The notes beneath the pieces are model-generated. The model was not told where the DNA came from, did no database searches, and was given only the letters and a program-made list of their open reading frames with translations. A stretch of DNA of 64,000 nucleotides from Paragordius varius (taxonomy: Eukaryota > Animalia > Nematomorpha). Positions 12,475 through 26,860 of the stretch are shown here, piece after piece. The position numbers were made by a program, and so were the translations under genes. The DNA lies in NCBI GenBank assembly GCA_964247055.1, contig OZ176058.1, positions 930,001-994,000 on the forward strand. The letters run 5' to 3'. Within the stretch, counting starts at the first letter, position 1; the number at the start of each line of letters is the position of its first letter.

Positions 12475-15400
12475 CCTTTGAATTATTAAAAACCCCTCAT
12501 CGTAAATTCTTATAATAATTGCGTTTAGTTGACGCATTTTTCTATAATGTACAAGGTGCGACCGTTTTCGATTGGAAAAAAATATTCTACAACCGCATTC
12601 ACAATTTAACTATCGAATTATAAATCATTCAATAAAAATTATTTTTGATCCCCAATTTTAAACCAAAAAATATAGATTTTTCTACTAACAGTAAATGAGA
12701 TTATACAGTCAAAACGTAAAATAAAGACAAATATATTTTTTAAAAGACAGCCATACTTTTTCAAACCTTAATTTTTTTAAATATAACTCATTGTTTCAAA
12801 CATCAAATATAAAATAGAGATAGGCATTAATAACACAATCAATTAATATTTTACTATTGTTATTTAATGTTTTAAATAGCAATTAGGGTTTAAAAAAGTA
12901 TGGTTGTCTTTTGAAAAAAGATTTCTGTGTTTTTAATTGTGCGTTTTTTCCGTATAATTTCAGTTTTTACTGTAAATTTTTTAATGTGAATTTTTAGTTA
13001 AATCAACCAAAAATTAAAACATATATTACTGAGAGATAGGCAAATTGTGAGAAGCCGATGTGAAGTGTTATAATATAAAATTAGTCTTAATATTTTAATC
13101 AAAAAGCTAAGGAAAACAATTCGTATTGTAAAATATTGCAAAGTATTAAACACATTTAATTATAAAATTTTATGAGTCACGTTTTGAACATCGATATTAT
13201 AAAGATTATCTAAATTTATACAAGCCATCTATTTATTTATTATAATTACAATAAATATTAAAATACAAACAAAACGTAAAAATATAAGGAAAATAATTTT
13301 AATTAAAAGAAAATCATACTTTTTTAAAACTTAATCCAATAAATAATATTGAAATATTTAATTGAATATTTACTGATGCTTAACAGTATAAAACAATGGG
13401 CGATTTAAGATAGAAAAAGTGTGGTTTTTTCAAAATAACATACGTCATTATATTTTTACGTGTTCATAATATTTCGTTTCAATTTTTACTGTAAGAAAAT
13501 TTATACTTTGTATATCCGTCTAATTAGATAATTTTATCATTTTTTATAATAATTTGTCATATAACTTTTTTAGGTCAACAGAATATTAAAGGATATCAGC
13601 TATCTGATTAAACAAATGATTTATATATGTAGAGATTTTTATTTTATAAGCATAAATAAGTTTTATTAATTATATACAGTAACTGAAAGCATACGTACAA
13701 AACGTAAAAATATAAAGACAAGTATTTTTAAAAGACAATCATACTCTTTTAAATTTAAAATCTCTTTCAATTATATAATATATAATTGATTGTGTTACCA
13801 ATATACATCTCTATTTTATATTTGCTGTTTAAAACAATGAGTTATATTTAAGAAATCAAGATTTAAAAAGTATGGTTGTCTTTTAGAAAAAAATGTTTAT
13901 TACGTTTCCGTATAAGAAGTTTTACTGTAAGTAAAATATCAAATGATTTATGGTCAATATGCGACTGCATATTGATAAAAAGGGAGATAAACAATATATT
14001 ATTAATCTTCAACATAAATTGAGAAAGAAAAATTAAAATTACCCTCAAAAACTTTTGCATAAATACTCACGTATCGGATTTTTATTGGGCCCTATCATGC
14101 ATTACAGGGGTATTTAACAAATAAATTTAAAGGGCCAAAAGCTATATTTTTTCGTCTCAAGGGAAACCCACGGTCATTTAAAATTTAAATATCATAAAAA
14201 ATTTTTAGAGTTGGGCTAAATTTAAATATGCCATCTTAACCTTTGAGGCCTAAGATAAATTTTTTTCAATAATGTAAAATTATAGAAAATTTCTTAACTC
14301 AACCTTTTTCGCCATTTTTTTTTACATGTGAATACAATACACATAACTTGTAAATTATGGTTGAAAATATAAAAAATAACTTCGGAACGCTTTAAGATAT
14401 CAACTCACCAAAATTTATATATTTAATGATTTTAATATCAGCCGTTCGTTTTAGTCGTGTTTACATGATTTTGAGATTGTAGAAATTAAAGACTAATTTA
14501 TATTTTTTAGCTTATACATAGATAAAAAACTTTTATTAAATTATAATACAGCTTTCAAAACTGTCGTTTGTTTATACTTTAAGCTTTTTGGTCATAACTA
14601 CACCAAACATCGTGGACAAAAAAAGAAAATGCAATTTAGTGTTAAAAATAAAATTGCAATAAAACTAAAAACATAATATCATTTATTTTAAAACAAATTT
14701 TTTTAATTAATTTTCAAATTATTAAAAAAAAGAATAAAAAAATATTACATATTTCTAAAAAAACTATACATTATTAAACCTTGATTATTAACTCGTTGTT
14801 AGTTGCAAGATTAGAATGTAAATGTGTATTAATTCCACTTAATTACATAATAATTGTAGATAAATAGTTTAGAATGAAATCAGGAAAAAATGGCTATATT
14901 CAGTAAAAAATTTGTTTTTATATATTGTCTGTTTAATTTCCGTTTTTAGTATATAAAAATGGTTATATAAAAGATATATATTATGGGCAATTAGTTTGTT
15001 AAAGAGTACTTACACTAATGAAAACACAAAACATAAAACTTGAATACAATTTGTTAAAGACGGCCATGTTTTTACGAACCCTAATTTTTATTCAATCTAC
15101 TACTTAATTACAGTTTTGGTATGGAGAGTACGGATTTATATCCAAATTTCCCATTTGGCACCCAAAACGATGATTTATATTTCAAAAAAAAAAATAAATT
15201 ATAAATGTGGCTACCTCTAAAAAATTTCTTTTAGTATTTACGTTTTTCCGTATAATTTATTTACTGCGTCTTTTTATTCATATAATTTCTTATTTGAATG
15301 ATTTAATGAGAATTAAAAAGAAGGACTTTATAATAAATAGGTATGATATAATAGCAATTTTATAAATTATAACTACAGTATATTGGTTATTTTGAGTAAA

Positions 15401-16949
15401 GAAATTTTTTGGGAATTATATTTATGGAATCTTATGGATAGAGTTAAAGAATCATAATAAATAGCGCTAATCTTGATTTATATTAAGATAATATATACAG
15501 ACAAATCTTAAAAATAGAAGACATTTAAAATAATATTTAAACCTAGGGGTTATTAAAAACGTTTAAGATTGCAGATATAAGGAATTGAAATGGAAATTGA
15601 AGATTCAATTTAATTTTTCATAAATAAATAGAGTATGTAGATAATCAAGTGAAAACAATTAAGGTGTTTTTAAATAATTATTTGATTTATGTTTTAACAT
15701 TTAGTATATATCATTCAAATTATTATCTGTAAATATATTCTGTGAATTATTCTATTTTACAAGTGAGAAAATTCGTGTTCATATCTGATATTATTTTTAA
15801 TAACTAAATAATTATGAATCAGCCAAAAATTAATAAAAAAGGACGTCGTAAAACGCGTTGGATAGACAAATTAAGAGTATTTTTGCTTCAGATTTTGAAA
15901 AAATTAATTTATTAGGCATTTTAATTATTATTTATTTTTATTATTGATCTTTAGAATATTTTAACAAGACATATAATAATATCAATTTGTTTATATGAAA
16001 ATTATATATAAACATGAAATACCTACCATCTATTTATCAAAGGCTTATCACATCTTACAATAAAAACTGTGCAAACACTGTGAACAAAAAAATAAATTAT
16101 ATGTATCTTTTTAAATCAGTTCGGATAATATTTTAACCAAAATATATAAATTATTGTTGTAAGTTGATATAAAATATATAACTTAATAAGCTAACGCATA
16201 AAAAGAAATCTTCCACATAGATGCAATATGAATTTAAAATGTATCTGCAAGGTATGGCGATAATAAATGCTTATTAAATATAAGAATTTTATTTAAAGAG
16301 ATTTTAGTGAATATTAAATTGATTGTAAAAGTGTGGAGAGTTAAAAAAATATTTGATTAAAAAAATTATAGGAAAAAACGTAAAAATATAAAGACAAAAG
16401 TTTTTTCTAAAAGAAAATCATATTAAATTTAATTTAATCATATAAACACAATGTTGTTAACTACAAAGTATAATGGAGATGTATAAAGGTAACACAACCA
16501 ATTATATATTTTAAACTTGAAAATAAATATTTAAATAGGAGTAATAAAAATTTAAAAATGTATGATTGTCTAGTGAAAAAAATATTTGTTTTTATATTTT
16601 CATTTTGTCCGTATAATTCCAATTTTTACTGTATATTTGTTAAAAAAGGTACATAATGTATCATCTGATAGCCGTAAGGGGATTAGTCACAATGAAAATT
16701 TGTTACAATCGAGCATCATAACAAAATCCGTTTCTGTTCGGTACAATTTTTTTAATAAACGAGATTTTCCACCAAATATATTTTTTCTAAAGAAATCGTA
16801 TTACACAACATTTTCAGGCCACAGTTTAAATCTATAACATATTTTGACAATTTGTTATATATGTTTTTATTTTTTTACTTTATGGGTCCATTATTTTTTA
16901 TATGTTAATAAAATATTTGTTGTTTGGTTTTTAAATTAAATATCTATAT

Positions 16950-18597
16950 GGTTGGTTGGTTGGTTTTTCCTAAGTCGTAAACGACTTTTTGGATATAGTT
17001 TTAACTATTTCTTTCCATTTTTTTCTATCTTTAACCGCTATATTGAGCTCTTTCAGTGTCATTTTGGTCTCTTCTTTTATCATATCCAACCACCTCATCG
17101 GTGGTCGGCCTCGTTTCCTTTGCCCTTCTACCTTCCCAAACATTGTATCTTTCTCCAGAGAATTCGATCGCATGACATGACCAAAATATGTTAACTTTCT
17201 TTTTAGAATTATCTCCATGATGTTTGTTTTAGGTTTTATTTCTGTAGTTAGACTTTCATTCTTAATTTTATCCTTCCAGGTGTATCCTAGCATCCTACGC
17301 CAGCAGCTCCTTTCAAAAGCCATGAGCCTTTCTTTGTCCCTTTTTCTGAGAGTCCAACTCTCACATCCATATGTGGTGACCGGGAGAACGAAACAGTAGA
17401 GTAATCTTTTTTTGGTTTCAACTCCTACGCTTTTGTTTTTCCAAATCTTTATTAATTTGGTCATCGCTTCTCTACCCAATCCTATTCTCTTTCTGATGTC
17501 AGGAGTTGAAGACCCATCCTCTGAAATTATTGCGCCCAAAAACGTTAACTGTTTAACTATTTCTATTTCTACTCCTTCTATTATAATTGTAGGCTTTTTT
17601 CCTGTACATAATATTTTGGTTTTGTTAGGATTAAGCCTAAGACCATACCTCAAACTTTCCTTTCGAATCTCTTCAATCAATTCCTTCAAATCATTTGCAC
17701 TTTCAGCTATAAGAGTGGTATCGTCTGCAAACCTTAAATTATTGATTGTTCTCCCTCCTATTCTTACTCCAATATTTTTACCATCCAACTTCCTCATTAT
17801 CATTTCTGTGCACATATTGAACAGATAAGGGGATAAGCAACACCCTTGTCTGACTCCTTTCAAGATTGGTATTTCGTCTGTGTCCCCCGCTGGTGTTCTA
17901 ATAATCGCTCTTTGTTTTACATACAGAGAGCTAATCAATCTTATTAAGTGAGACGATACCCCTACTAACTTTAATGTTTCCCACAAGGAGTCATAGTTAA
18001 TTGAATCGAATGCTTGTCTGTAATCAATAAAACACATGTATAATTCTTTCTGGAACTCTTTTGATGTTTCCATTATCCTTCTCATGTTTGAGATATGGTA
18101 TCTTGTGCTTTTTCCCTTCATAAATCCAGCTTGATTTTCTGGTATTTCTGTCTGTATGATACTGTGCATTCTGTTTTGTATTACTTTTAGTAAGACCTTA
18201 CTAGCGTGGCTAATAAGAGATATGTTCCGATAATTCTCGCATTGGAGTACATCTCCTTTTTTATATATTGGGAGATATACAGATGATGCCCAATCGTTTG
18301 GCCACTCACATGTTTCCCACACCTTTTGACATAGCTGGTGTAACTTTTCAACGGGAATAGCTTTTATGAACTCTATTGGGATATTGTCTAATCCCGTCGC
18401 TTTGTTGTTAGGAATTTGTTTTAAGGCTAATTCAACCTCCTCTCTTAATATATCTGGATCACGTTCTTCTTCTTTTAATTGCAACACCTTTGTTTGAGGA
18501 GCCTGATAGAGTTTTTGGGTGTATTCCTTCCATCTTTCTCGTACTTCTGTTTGTTTGCACAATATGGTGCCATTCTCTTTTTTAATCTTTTGTGATG
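16950..18597 (-). mobile_element. 5'-truncated RTE-clade non-LTR retrotransposon
   Basis: Uninterrupted RT ORF followed by a 3' tail of (AACC)n just after the stop. It splits a repeat monomer whose paralogs (~90-110, ~41590) lack it. Possible 4-bp ATAT duplication only. Confidence 0.93.
16970..18562 (-). CDS. Reverse transcriptase (RTE/BovB-like ORF2 C-terminal part), 530 aa fragment
   Basis: Motifs NKATGLDNIP, NYRNISLISHASK, QAGFMKG, FIDYRQAFDS, GVRQGCCLSPYLF, LRFADD, FLGAII, YGCESWTL, GQRKRGRPPMRWLD; frame continues upstream of the annotated start (SSQKIKKENGTIL). Confidence 0.95.
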   Translation of the reverse strand: MCKQTEVRERWKEYTQKLYQAPQTKVLQLKEEERDPDILREEVELALKQIPNNKATGLDNIPIEFIKAIPVEKLHQLCQKVWETCEWPNDWASSVYLPIYKKGDVLQCENYRNISLISHASKVLLKVIQNRMHSIIQTEIPENQAGFMKGKSTRYHISNMRRIMETSKEFQKELYMCFIDYRQAFDSINYDSLWETLKLVGVSSHLIRLISSLYVKQRAIIRTPAGDTDEIPILKGVRQGCCLSPYLFNMCTEMIMRKLDGKNIGVRIGGRTINNLRFADDTTLIAESANDLKELIEEIRKESLRYGLRLNPNKTKILCTGKKPTIIIEGVEIEIVKQLTFLGAIISEDGSSTPDIRKRIGLGREAMTKLIKIWKNKSVGVETKKRLLYCFVLPVTTYGCESWTLRKRDKERLMAFERSCWRRMLGYTWKDKIKNESLTTEIKPKTNIMEIILKRKLTYFGHVMRSNSLEKDTMFGKVEGQRKRGRPPMRWLDMIKEETKMTLKELNIAVKDRKKWKEIVKTISKKSFTT

Positions 18598-21189
18598 ATA
18601 TAAAAGGTTTTTTGTGATTTAAATGATATTAGGGTTTAAATGAAATATATTTTTGCCGGTCACAATTAATATAATAAGTAATAACAAATTTAATCAAGGC
18701 AACCTAGGCCTACTTCTATAAAATTAAAATTATTTTTTTCCTTCATACATTCGGAATGAAAGAGATCGCGTTGATTTAAGGTTATTATATTTTTATAAAG
18801 TGTGACCTTTAAGTAACGCTTAGAAAACTGAATAGCCTATTCCCAATCAAGTAAAAATTATTAAACCATTGTTAAATCGCCGAGAATGACTAGCTTAACC
18901 CTCAGTTTTGCCCCACCCTGTATAAAATCGCTTTTTTTGAAATAGTAAAAGCCTATAAATTTATGAGTTTGAAAGCCGTTTCCGAACGTGTCGGCCTATT
19001 CAGTTTCAATAAGGTACTTTTTTAGTGTTTTCAAATGCTTCGTTAATTAAGCCTTATATGAATTAGTTCCTCGCTTTGGCCCCACTTTTATGAGAAAATG
19101 TTTTTGGAAGAATTGTTGTCTAAATAGTTTAATTTTCTTATTGTTTCATAATTGCTGCGAGCCTACACGTTTTTTAAGATTAGCCCCTCAATTCCCACTT
19201 ATTTTGAAAATAGAAGCTTCGATATTGTTATGACGATCTTTCCGAAAACGTAAAAGCCCATTTAAATTTAAAACTAATTTTTTATCGTTATTGCACCGAG
19301 AGTGACTAAGCCATTTTTCAGGGAAGTGGCAAATTGAGTTAATTTAAATAATTATAACATCAACTTTAATTCACCTTAAAAAAATTCAAATTCACCCTGA
19401 AATAAATAATGGGTTTCGAATATAAAAAATATATGTTTTTTATAATATTATAGAATAAAATTTCGTTTTAATATTTAGATTATACTTAAAAAAGAATAGA
19501 CAATGCCATACAATAAATATTTATGATACATATTTGCTGAAAACACATAATTTATTTTTAGGGGGAATTTGAATTGTTTGAGGGTAAAATCGGATTTTTC
19601 AAGAGTGAATTAGCGGTGTAAATAGTGTATTAATTTTTATAATTTTTCTGACATATCATTATATATTGTTGTATACCTTAAATTAAAAGGCTAAGATACA
19701 ATAAGTAAATACAATCCAAAAAATCCATTCATTTTAAAATAGTTGACGAAACGCTAAAACATTTTCAAAAAATTTGAGATGTTACATTTTTAAACGATTA
19801 ATTATTTTTTTAATTATAGTGTCTATAAGCCTTAAATTATTAGGAATATCCAGAATAAAATATACTTAAAAATTATGCGTTTGTTTATATACAACCATGG
19901 TGATATATAAATGTGTTGAAATTAGATTGGATTCGATTAATGTCTATAATCACATGTTTTTATGATATAGTTGTATTGTTTTACCTAAAGCTCTCTCTAT
20001 GATATTTATTTATAATTTGTTATAAACCAATTATCAATAATTTAGCAATATTTTTGCATTCGTAATCAGTCACTGGTTATGAAGATAGAGGTTAATAATA
20101 AGGACTAAACATTTAAAGTTAACGATTTAAATATTTATATACATCACTTATTCTAGATCGAATAATTTAAAATTGTATATAAATATTATTAATAGTCGCC
20201 TCAATATTTCCACTAATGGGTAATTGTAGATAATATTTAAAATTAAAATAACCATAATAAAATCAATCATTTCTTAGTCTGGTTGATAATATATGTAAAT
20301 ATTTATTTTCAAATCTATATGGTTGGGTGTATAATTTTAGGTGTTAAATTCATAAAAAATGGTTTAACTTTACCTATTATACAGTAATTTATTTAGTAAT
20401 ACACATTGTATACAATACGCTACTGTATTAGCAAACAGCCAATAAAAAGTGCACAATATAACAAAGTTACAATGAATTTTAAGCTCAATAAAACTAAAAT
20501 ATTTCAAAAATTGATAAATTTTTTTATATTTGAATTTATTATATCACAAAAAATTAGTTAAATTTATTAATTTATCAATATATCTATTAATATTATGTAA
20601 ATACCATTTAGATTCAATTGTAATAAAAGACTTGATCTGTTAAATTGGTTTATTTATGAATTTTTATGCTTTAAAAATATGTTTATCAGTTTTCATGCGG
20701 CTGCTTAAAATATTAATTAATTTTATGTCTAAAAAATTCATTCAAAAGCTTCAAGCCAAGACTTAAGCATTTTTTATCACCACTAATTAAAGCTAGGACC
20801 GGCATATAAAAATAATATTTTCCACTAGGGAATATAGAAAAAAAATTTATGTGTAGAGATTTTAATTTTATCAGTCTTTTAAAGTACCTATATACTTCAT
20901 TAGCATACATAATAAAAACATATATTCCAAAACGGTATAAAGGCAACATCTATTTTGCTAAAAAAACCATATTTTAACATCCAATTACAAATATACGTAC
21001 ATATATTTATATACAGCATTTACAGTTTAAATTTACCCTAAAATTAAATGTGTTTTTAAGATTAAAAATTAATTATATTTTTATATTTTTAAAAAATGAT
21101 TGCTATTTATCTCAGAATTTTTTTTGATATCCTTGCTTCTAATAGGAATTCGCATTAGGCAAATTTAGAATTTATGTGAATAAAAATAG

Positions 21190-23290
21190 TAAAAAAATTA
21201 TACGGAAAATTGCAAATACTAAAAGAAAATATTTTTCTCTAGACAACCGTTTTTGTAACTTTTTTGGTATATCTATAATCGTTTTGGGTTGCGAAACTTT
21301 AGGATATAAATTGGTATTCTCCATACAATATTGTAATTAAATAGTTGTAGTGATTTTTCCCAAAAATATAGTCGTCTTTCAAAAAATTTCTCTTTTTACG
21401 TTTTTTTGCTTTAAACTTTTATATAATCTTTTCATATTCCACACAGTTTTTTACTTTTATTCTATTCAATTTGCTGTTATTATTAAATTTTTCAATTTTA
21501 AGGTTAAACTATGTCTGTTTCTGAAATAACATACAGTGAAAAAAATTAATTAGAGAAAATAAAACTATAAAAAACTTAAAGCCATCGCTGCTTTTAGCTA
21601 AACTATTTATTTGTTAAAGTTTATATAATTTAATGTTACTAATTCTCACCTACATTTTAATTTTGCAACCTATAACGATGAGTGAAAATTGAAATATGGA
21701 CAATGTGTAATTGTTTATAAAAATATTATTTTTTATTTATTAATGTTATTTCCCAAAAAACTTTTTTTTCTCCAAAATCTTAATTTTCATTAAAAGTTTA
21801 ACTATCGATGCTTAATGATAATATCTATTAATTTTGAGTTCATTTTCGGTAGTTGCGACCCTAAAGCTTAAAGTAGTGAATAAACTGAAAGTTTTTTTGA
21901 TTAAAATTAAATTAAAAACAGCTCCTATTTTCAATAAAAAATATAGTTCCTTACAGCTTTTAATTTTTACAGGCTCATAATCAGATAACTCCAAAACAGT
22001 ACTGAAACGAAGAGTTAATATTAAATCAATGAATATTAAAAATTAAGTAAATTGCACTTTGACCCAAAATATTCAAGTTATATTTTGTATTCATAAATAA
22101 AAATAAAAAATAAATGCGAAACAATTGAGATGAGAATTTTTTACAATTTTACATTTAAAAAAATTTGTGTACAAAAATTTGCTTAAATATTTTATAAGAT
22201 ATTTTTGTTTTAAATGGCTATAGACTAAACACTTACCCCCAAAAAATTATGAAGTGTTTATAATATCTACTTTTTATTTTTATAAATATTTTTGTGTTTT
22301 TTTAATTTTTATTTTTACAAAAAATTAACTGATTAATAAATTCAATCGTTTAGCTGCTAACAATAAAATTTCAAGTTATTAAAATACAATTAAAAATTTT
22401 TGCGATTTAATATATTATGCATTTTTTATTTTGTTTCTATACATTTATTTATGATTGTATTATATATATAAAAAATATATTCCATCTATTTAAGAATCTT
22501 TGCATATTCAATGGACTGCATAAATTCTTTAACTTATATTAATTTAATGGAAATTATACAAATAAATACAAAGACGAGTTTTTAAATAAGAATATCATAA
22601 TTGTATATTTTTGTACATTTATAATTGTAAATAAAATAATGATTTTGTTTTAGTATATATCTGTTTTAAGCTTTGCATTTTAAAACAAAAAATCAACTTG
22701 CAAATATTATTTTCTTTATATTATTTAATTTTTGACTGTAAAAGTATTCAGTAATATATGCAAAAATCAGCAATAAATTGTAATCTAATTGTGACCCTTG
22801 AGGCAAAAAATATTTTTTTTTGACCCTTCAAATTTATTTGTTAAGTACCTCTGTAAGGCATGATGGAACCGATTAAAGATCCGATATTCAATGTAGATTA
22901 TGAGATCTCAAATAATTATTGAGTGTAATTTTAATATTTTTTCTCTTTAGACGAAGAAAGATCATTAATATATTGTTCATGTCCTTTCTTAACAATTTGC
23001 AGTAGCATATTTATATTTAATATTTACCATATCATTTAATATATATTTATAAAATAATTAAATATTTATGCTCTATAAATTTAAACATATATTGATCGTT
23101 TGTTTGATGAGATAGCTGATATCATGTAATAATTATAATCTAAAGTCATATGACAAATTATAATATATATAAAAATTATCTAATAATTTTTATACAAATT
23201 AAAAAATTTTTAGATTTATTTACAGTAAAAATGGAAACGAAATTTTGACACGTAAAAATACAAAGACATATATTTTTTCTAAAAGACAAC
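21190..23290 (-). repeat. Additional inverted partial monomer
   Basis: Same-strand match to 34380-37750 (minus the Penelope insert); reverse match to ~13400-15250, e.g. 22810-22890 vs 14060-14150. Confidence 0.8.
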
Positions 23291-25413
23291 CAATTAAATT
23301 TATCATTGGTTACTAAAAAGGGGACAACGCCTCCTAATAGAAAAATCTAGACGGTGTGCGAAATTTTTTTTAGAAATCACCTTAAATTTATGTTATAAAA
23401 CTATTATTTGATTGGTATTTTATAAAAAGTAATTAATAATATAAAGTATGAGAAGATTGTAGATGTAGATTATTAGCATCAGTTTTCTTTAATTATATAA
23501 GATAAAAATAGCGTTAAAAAGCTAAGAAAAGTAAAGAAGGAATTATAAGAACGATTATAGAATTTAGCAATTAATTCGTTGATACGTATTTCTGCTCTCG
23601 CTCTTGCCCATTCCTCGCTTTTATATAAACAGACACTTGCAATTATTAGTCATTATTATCACATATCTTAACAATATAAATTAATCGATGTAAACACTCA
23701 TCCGATAAAGAAGAGGTAATAGGCTTAAAATACGATTCAACTATTAAAATCACTTGTTGATTTTAATATTGATAAATTTTGGAGAAAAATGCATAATATG
23801 TATCAAAATTCAAATTACCCTAAGCATTTTGATATCTTTTAAATGAGCATAGTTATAACTGGATTAATTAAACAAAATATTTTAATATCAGATGAGCTGT
23901 TTTCAGTGGCCGCGGTGAAAGCCAACCGCGGTTTCACTGTTAACCCTTATAAATATATGGTATTGGATTTAAATTGATTAAATATTAACCAGTTTGACCG
24001 CTTATAGTTTCAAACCGTCAAATGATATCGCAAATTCATAAAATATAAAAAGTAATACAAAGATTCCTTTAGAGCAGTTTTGTTTAGCAAATGGCCCTCA
24101 GCGCCCGCCTCCAAAACTATTTTGTTGACTAAAATGCAACATTTATAGACTTTTTCCTTTCAATATGTACTTGAATATTCATCTGTATAAACTTTTTTAT
24201 TATTTTTTGGCCGTTAAAGGTTTAGAGTGAATTTGTGGATTTAATAAAATATTATATTAGGCTCTTCAAATAATATAGCATCATGTAGTGAAAATAATAG
24301 TTGTGCTTTTAATGTTATTTAAAAAGTAATAAATTTTTAACGCCCTTAAAAGTGGCCCACTAAATGTGTTGTACATCCAGGATTTGGATAAAAACCATTT
24401 AAAAATTGTAAAATCGATTTTGTGGAACCGAAATCTGAGGCAAGAAAATAAACATTGAGCTGCACTTACAAAACTATACCTATCTTTATGTATAACACTA
24501 CAACGATGGCATATAAAACAAATAATAAGACATTTAATTATTTAGATATCGCGCGTTGGTATATTAAATGAAAAATTTAATTATTTAATTCACACATTTT
24601 GCATATATGGAGACAATTATATATGGTATATATGAATGAAATGAAAGCTTATAATATTTACAATATAATCATTATGGATATTCTACACGCTTAAATAAAT
24701 TATTTATCATACATAGGCTAATTTCAAAAATTCGCTAAAAAATAAAACTAAAATATTAATTTTATAAAAAAATTATTTTAGATTGTGAAAAGAAGTGATT
24801 TATTTGCCTTGAAATATTTCATCATCATATTCTTTTAGCCGTTCACCTAAGTTAGAAATGATTTATAAATAGATGATTACACATCATTTAAAATTTCGAA
24901 TTCATTCATGTGCTAAACCAAGTCTTTCATATTACACCACATCTATTTCAAAAAATAAAATATCTTGCATATCTCTCAAACACACTTTATACTTAATCAT
25001 CCCGTAAATAATTATTAAGTATAACATTTTCCTATTACGTCGCAAAATGTCTGCTGCAAACAAATTTACGCTGCAACATGCAAATTCGAATAGGAACATA
25101 CACGCTGTACTACTCACAAATTTGATCTTCTTATAAAAGAAATGGTGTAACTAGATATTAAAAAAATGGGTATTTTTAAATCTCATATCACTTTAATCGT
25201 TCATACCGAGTATGATAATTACATCCTTTTATTCTCAGGTCACGAAACTGTAAAAATTAACGGTGTATCCCTAATACGGATGAAAACGCTCGCCAATTCG
25301 TCCGAGATTTGAAACCCAATCAGTGACCGTTTTGTATTAATATCTAAATACGATGCCTTAAACGATTACTATACCAAGAAAACTCCTCCACCCATTCTTG
25401 ATCATGACTCTAA

Positions 25414-25590
25414 TTCTACGACATCCTCAGCAACGCTATTAAAAAGTACCCGAAAAGATATCATTAAAATGGGTGACTTTAATGCCATCATTGGCTAGGA
25501 TGCAAAATATCAAAAAACTCGTGGAAACGGACTTGGTAATAAAAACGATAGAGGCCACCCTCTTATAGAATTTCGCATGAACAATGCATA
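25414..25590 (+). mobile_element. Decayed APE-endonuclease fragment of an RTE/L2-type LINE
   Basis: Translation with one frameshift and one stop: FYDILSNAIKKYPK/DIIKMGDFNAIIG*DAKYQKTRGNGLGNKNDRGHPLIEF, containing the MGDFNA and GLGxxNxRG motifs. Confidence 0.8.
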
Positions 25591-26380
25591 TCAAACTCTT
25601 TTTTATCATTTTAATAAAAAGGGCGCATAATCATAAAAAATCAAATTATACAACCTAGGTGGTATTAGGGTTTTTATCTCCGATTTTTTAAAATGGTATT
25701 AATATCAGAATATGGAAAACACTCGAGTGGCAGAAAAATATGTTGTCTAGTGTTATCAAACTCTCTGATAATGTATACTATTACGCTATATTGAAAGTTA
25801 TGATTTAAAGGTATATCAACCAAAAATTAAGATAAATATGCGAGACATGCACTAGGTAGAATGTGCGGCAAGGGTATAATATTGATAAAGGCTTGATTGT
25901 TTACATAACAATGTTTAAGTATATAATATAATTATTAGCGTCAATATTTTTTGATATTCATCAACCTTTTTAATGTAGATATCTTATTATCAGGTTTTAA
26001 AAAACTTAGGCAATTCAATGACATAAAAGTTGCCATCTATATATTTATAGAAAAAGTTATATATTGTATGTATATAAAATATTTTTAGTATCCTTAAAAA
26101 TTATTATAAATTTTTGAATATTTAATTGATTTTACGGAAATCGCCTTAATTATATATATTTTATAGCCATCTTTGTATTATTTATAATTTGATATATATT
26201 TAATTTTATTTTTCTTATAAAATAAATTGTTTTCCAAATATATGAATAAGTAAAAATGTTATTTGTCTTATACTGTAGAACTTTAAAATATTCACACAAA
26301 ACGATAAAAAAATATATGTAAAAACAATTATACCCAAATTATTTAAAAATATATAATTATATTGTTGATTAATTTTAACA

Positions 26381-26412
<32 letters not shown>

Positions 26413-26860
26413 TTACACCTAATTCATCATAAAAAGGGCTATTTCTTAAAAACTAATTAATAAACTTTTTTTTCTATAATATCATTATAATTTGTCTGTT
26501 ACCATATTTTCAATTAAAGATTATAGAAATATCTTTATTATGAAGAGAAAGGAAATGTTATAAGTCGGTGAATTTTACATGAAACATGCTAAATAGCTTG
26601 AAGAATATGTGTAAGCATAACAAATTTTTCTTTAATGCATACACACTTTAATTTATTTTTCATTATCATAAAAAGTGTAATCCTAAATTTGTACTAGATG
26701 TCGGTCTATTTATTCAATGAATGATTTAATAACTGTCCTATAAGTTTGTATTTATTTTTACCTCTGAGCTTTTTGGATGCCTAACAGTAAAAATTAAAGA
26801 TATAAACTCACCAGAACCAGTATCTTAATCAAATTAGATTCCCCTAAGTTGTTTTTTATA

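Larger units (their letters stand above)
1..21100 (+). repeat. Forward arm of a decayed tandem segmental duplication
   Basis: 1-2540 recurs at 16850-20900 (interrupted by the RTE); 2640-8240 recurs at 8900-12080. Confidence 0.9.

Noticed and set aside
16630-16850. Coding-like block recurring at ~33050-33240 and ~41700-41870 (TETDFVMMLD)
   Set aside because: No frame stays open across the three copies, so a product could not be assigned
16949-16963. (GGTT)n as a telomere-like repeat
   Set aside because: Only about three units, directly after the RT stop; it is the retroposon tail
16952-17828. Four + strand ORFs overlapping the RT gene
   Set aside because: Antisense shadows of the RTE ORF with no motifs of their own
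24932-25117. ORF with ACCSVNLFAADIL, vaguely like the hAT CxxH-LNL motif
   Set aside because: The key His is absent and there are no supporting motifs
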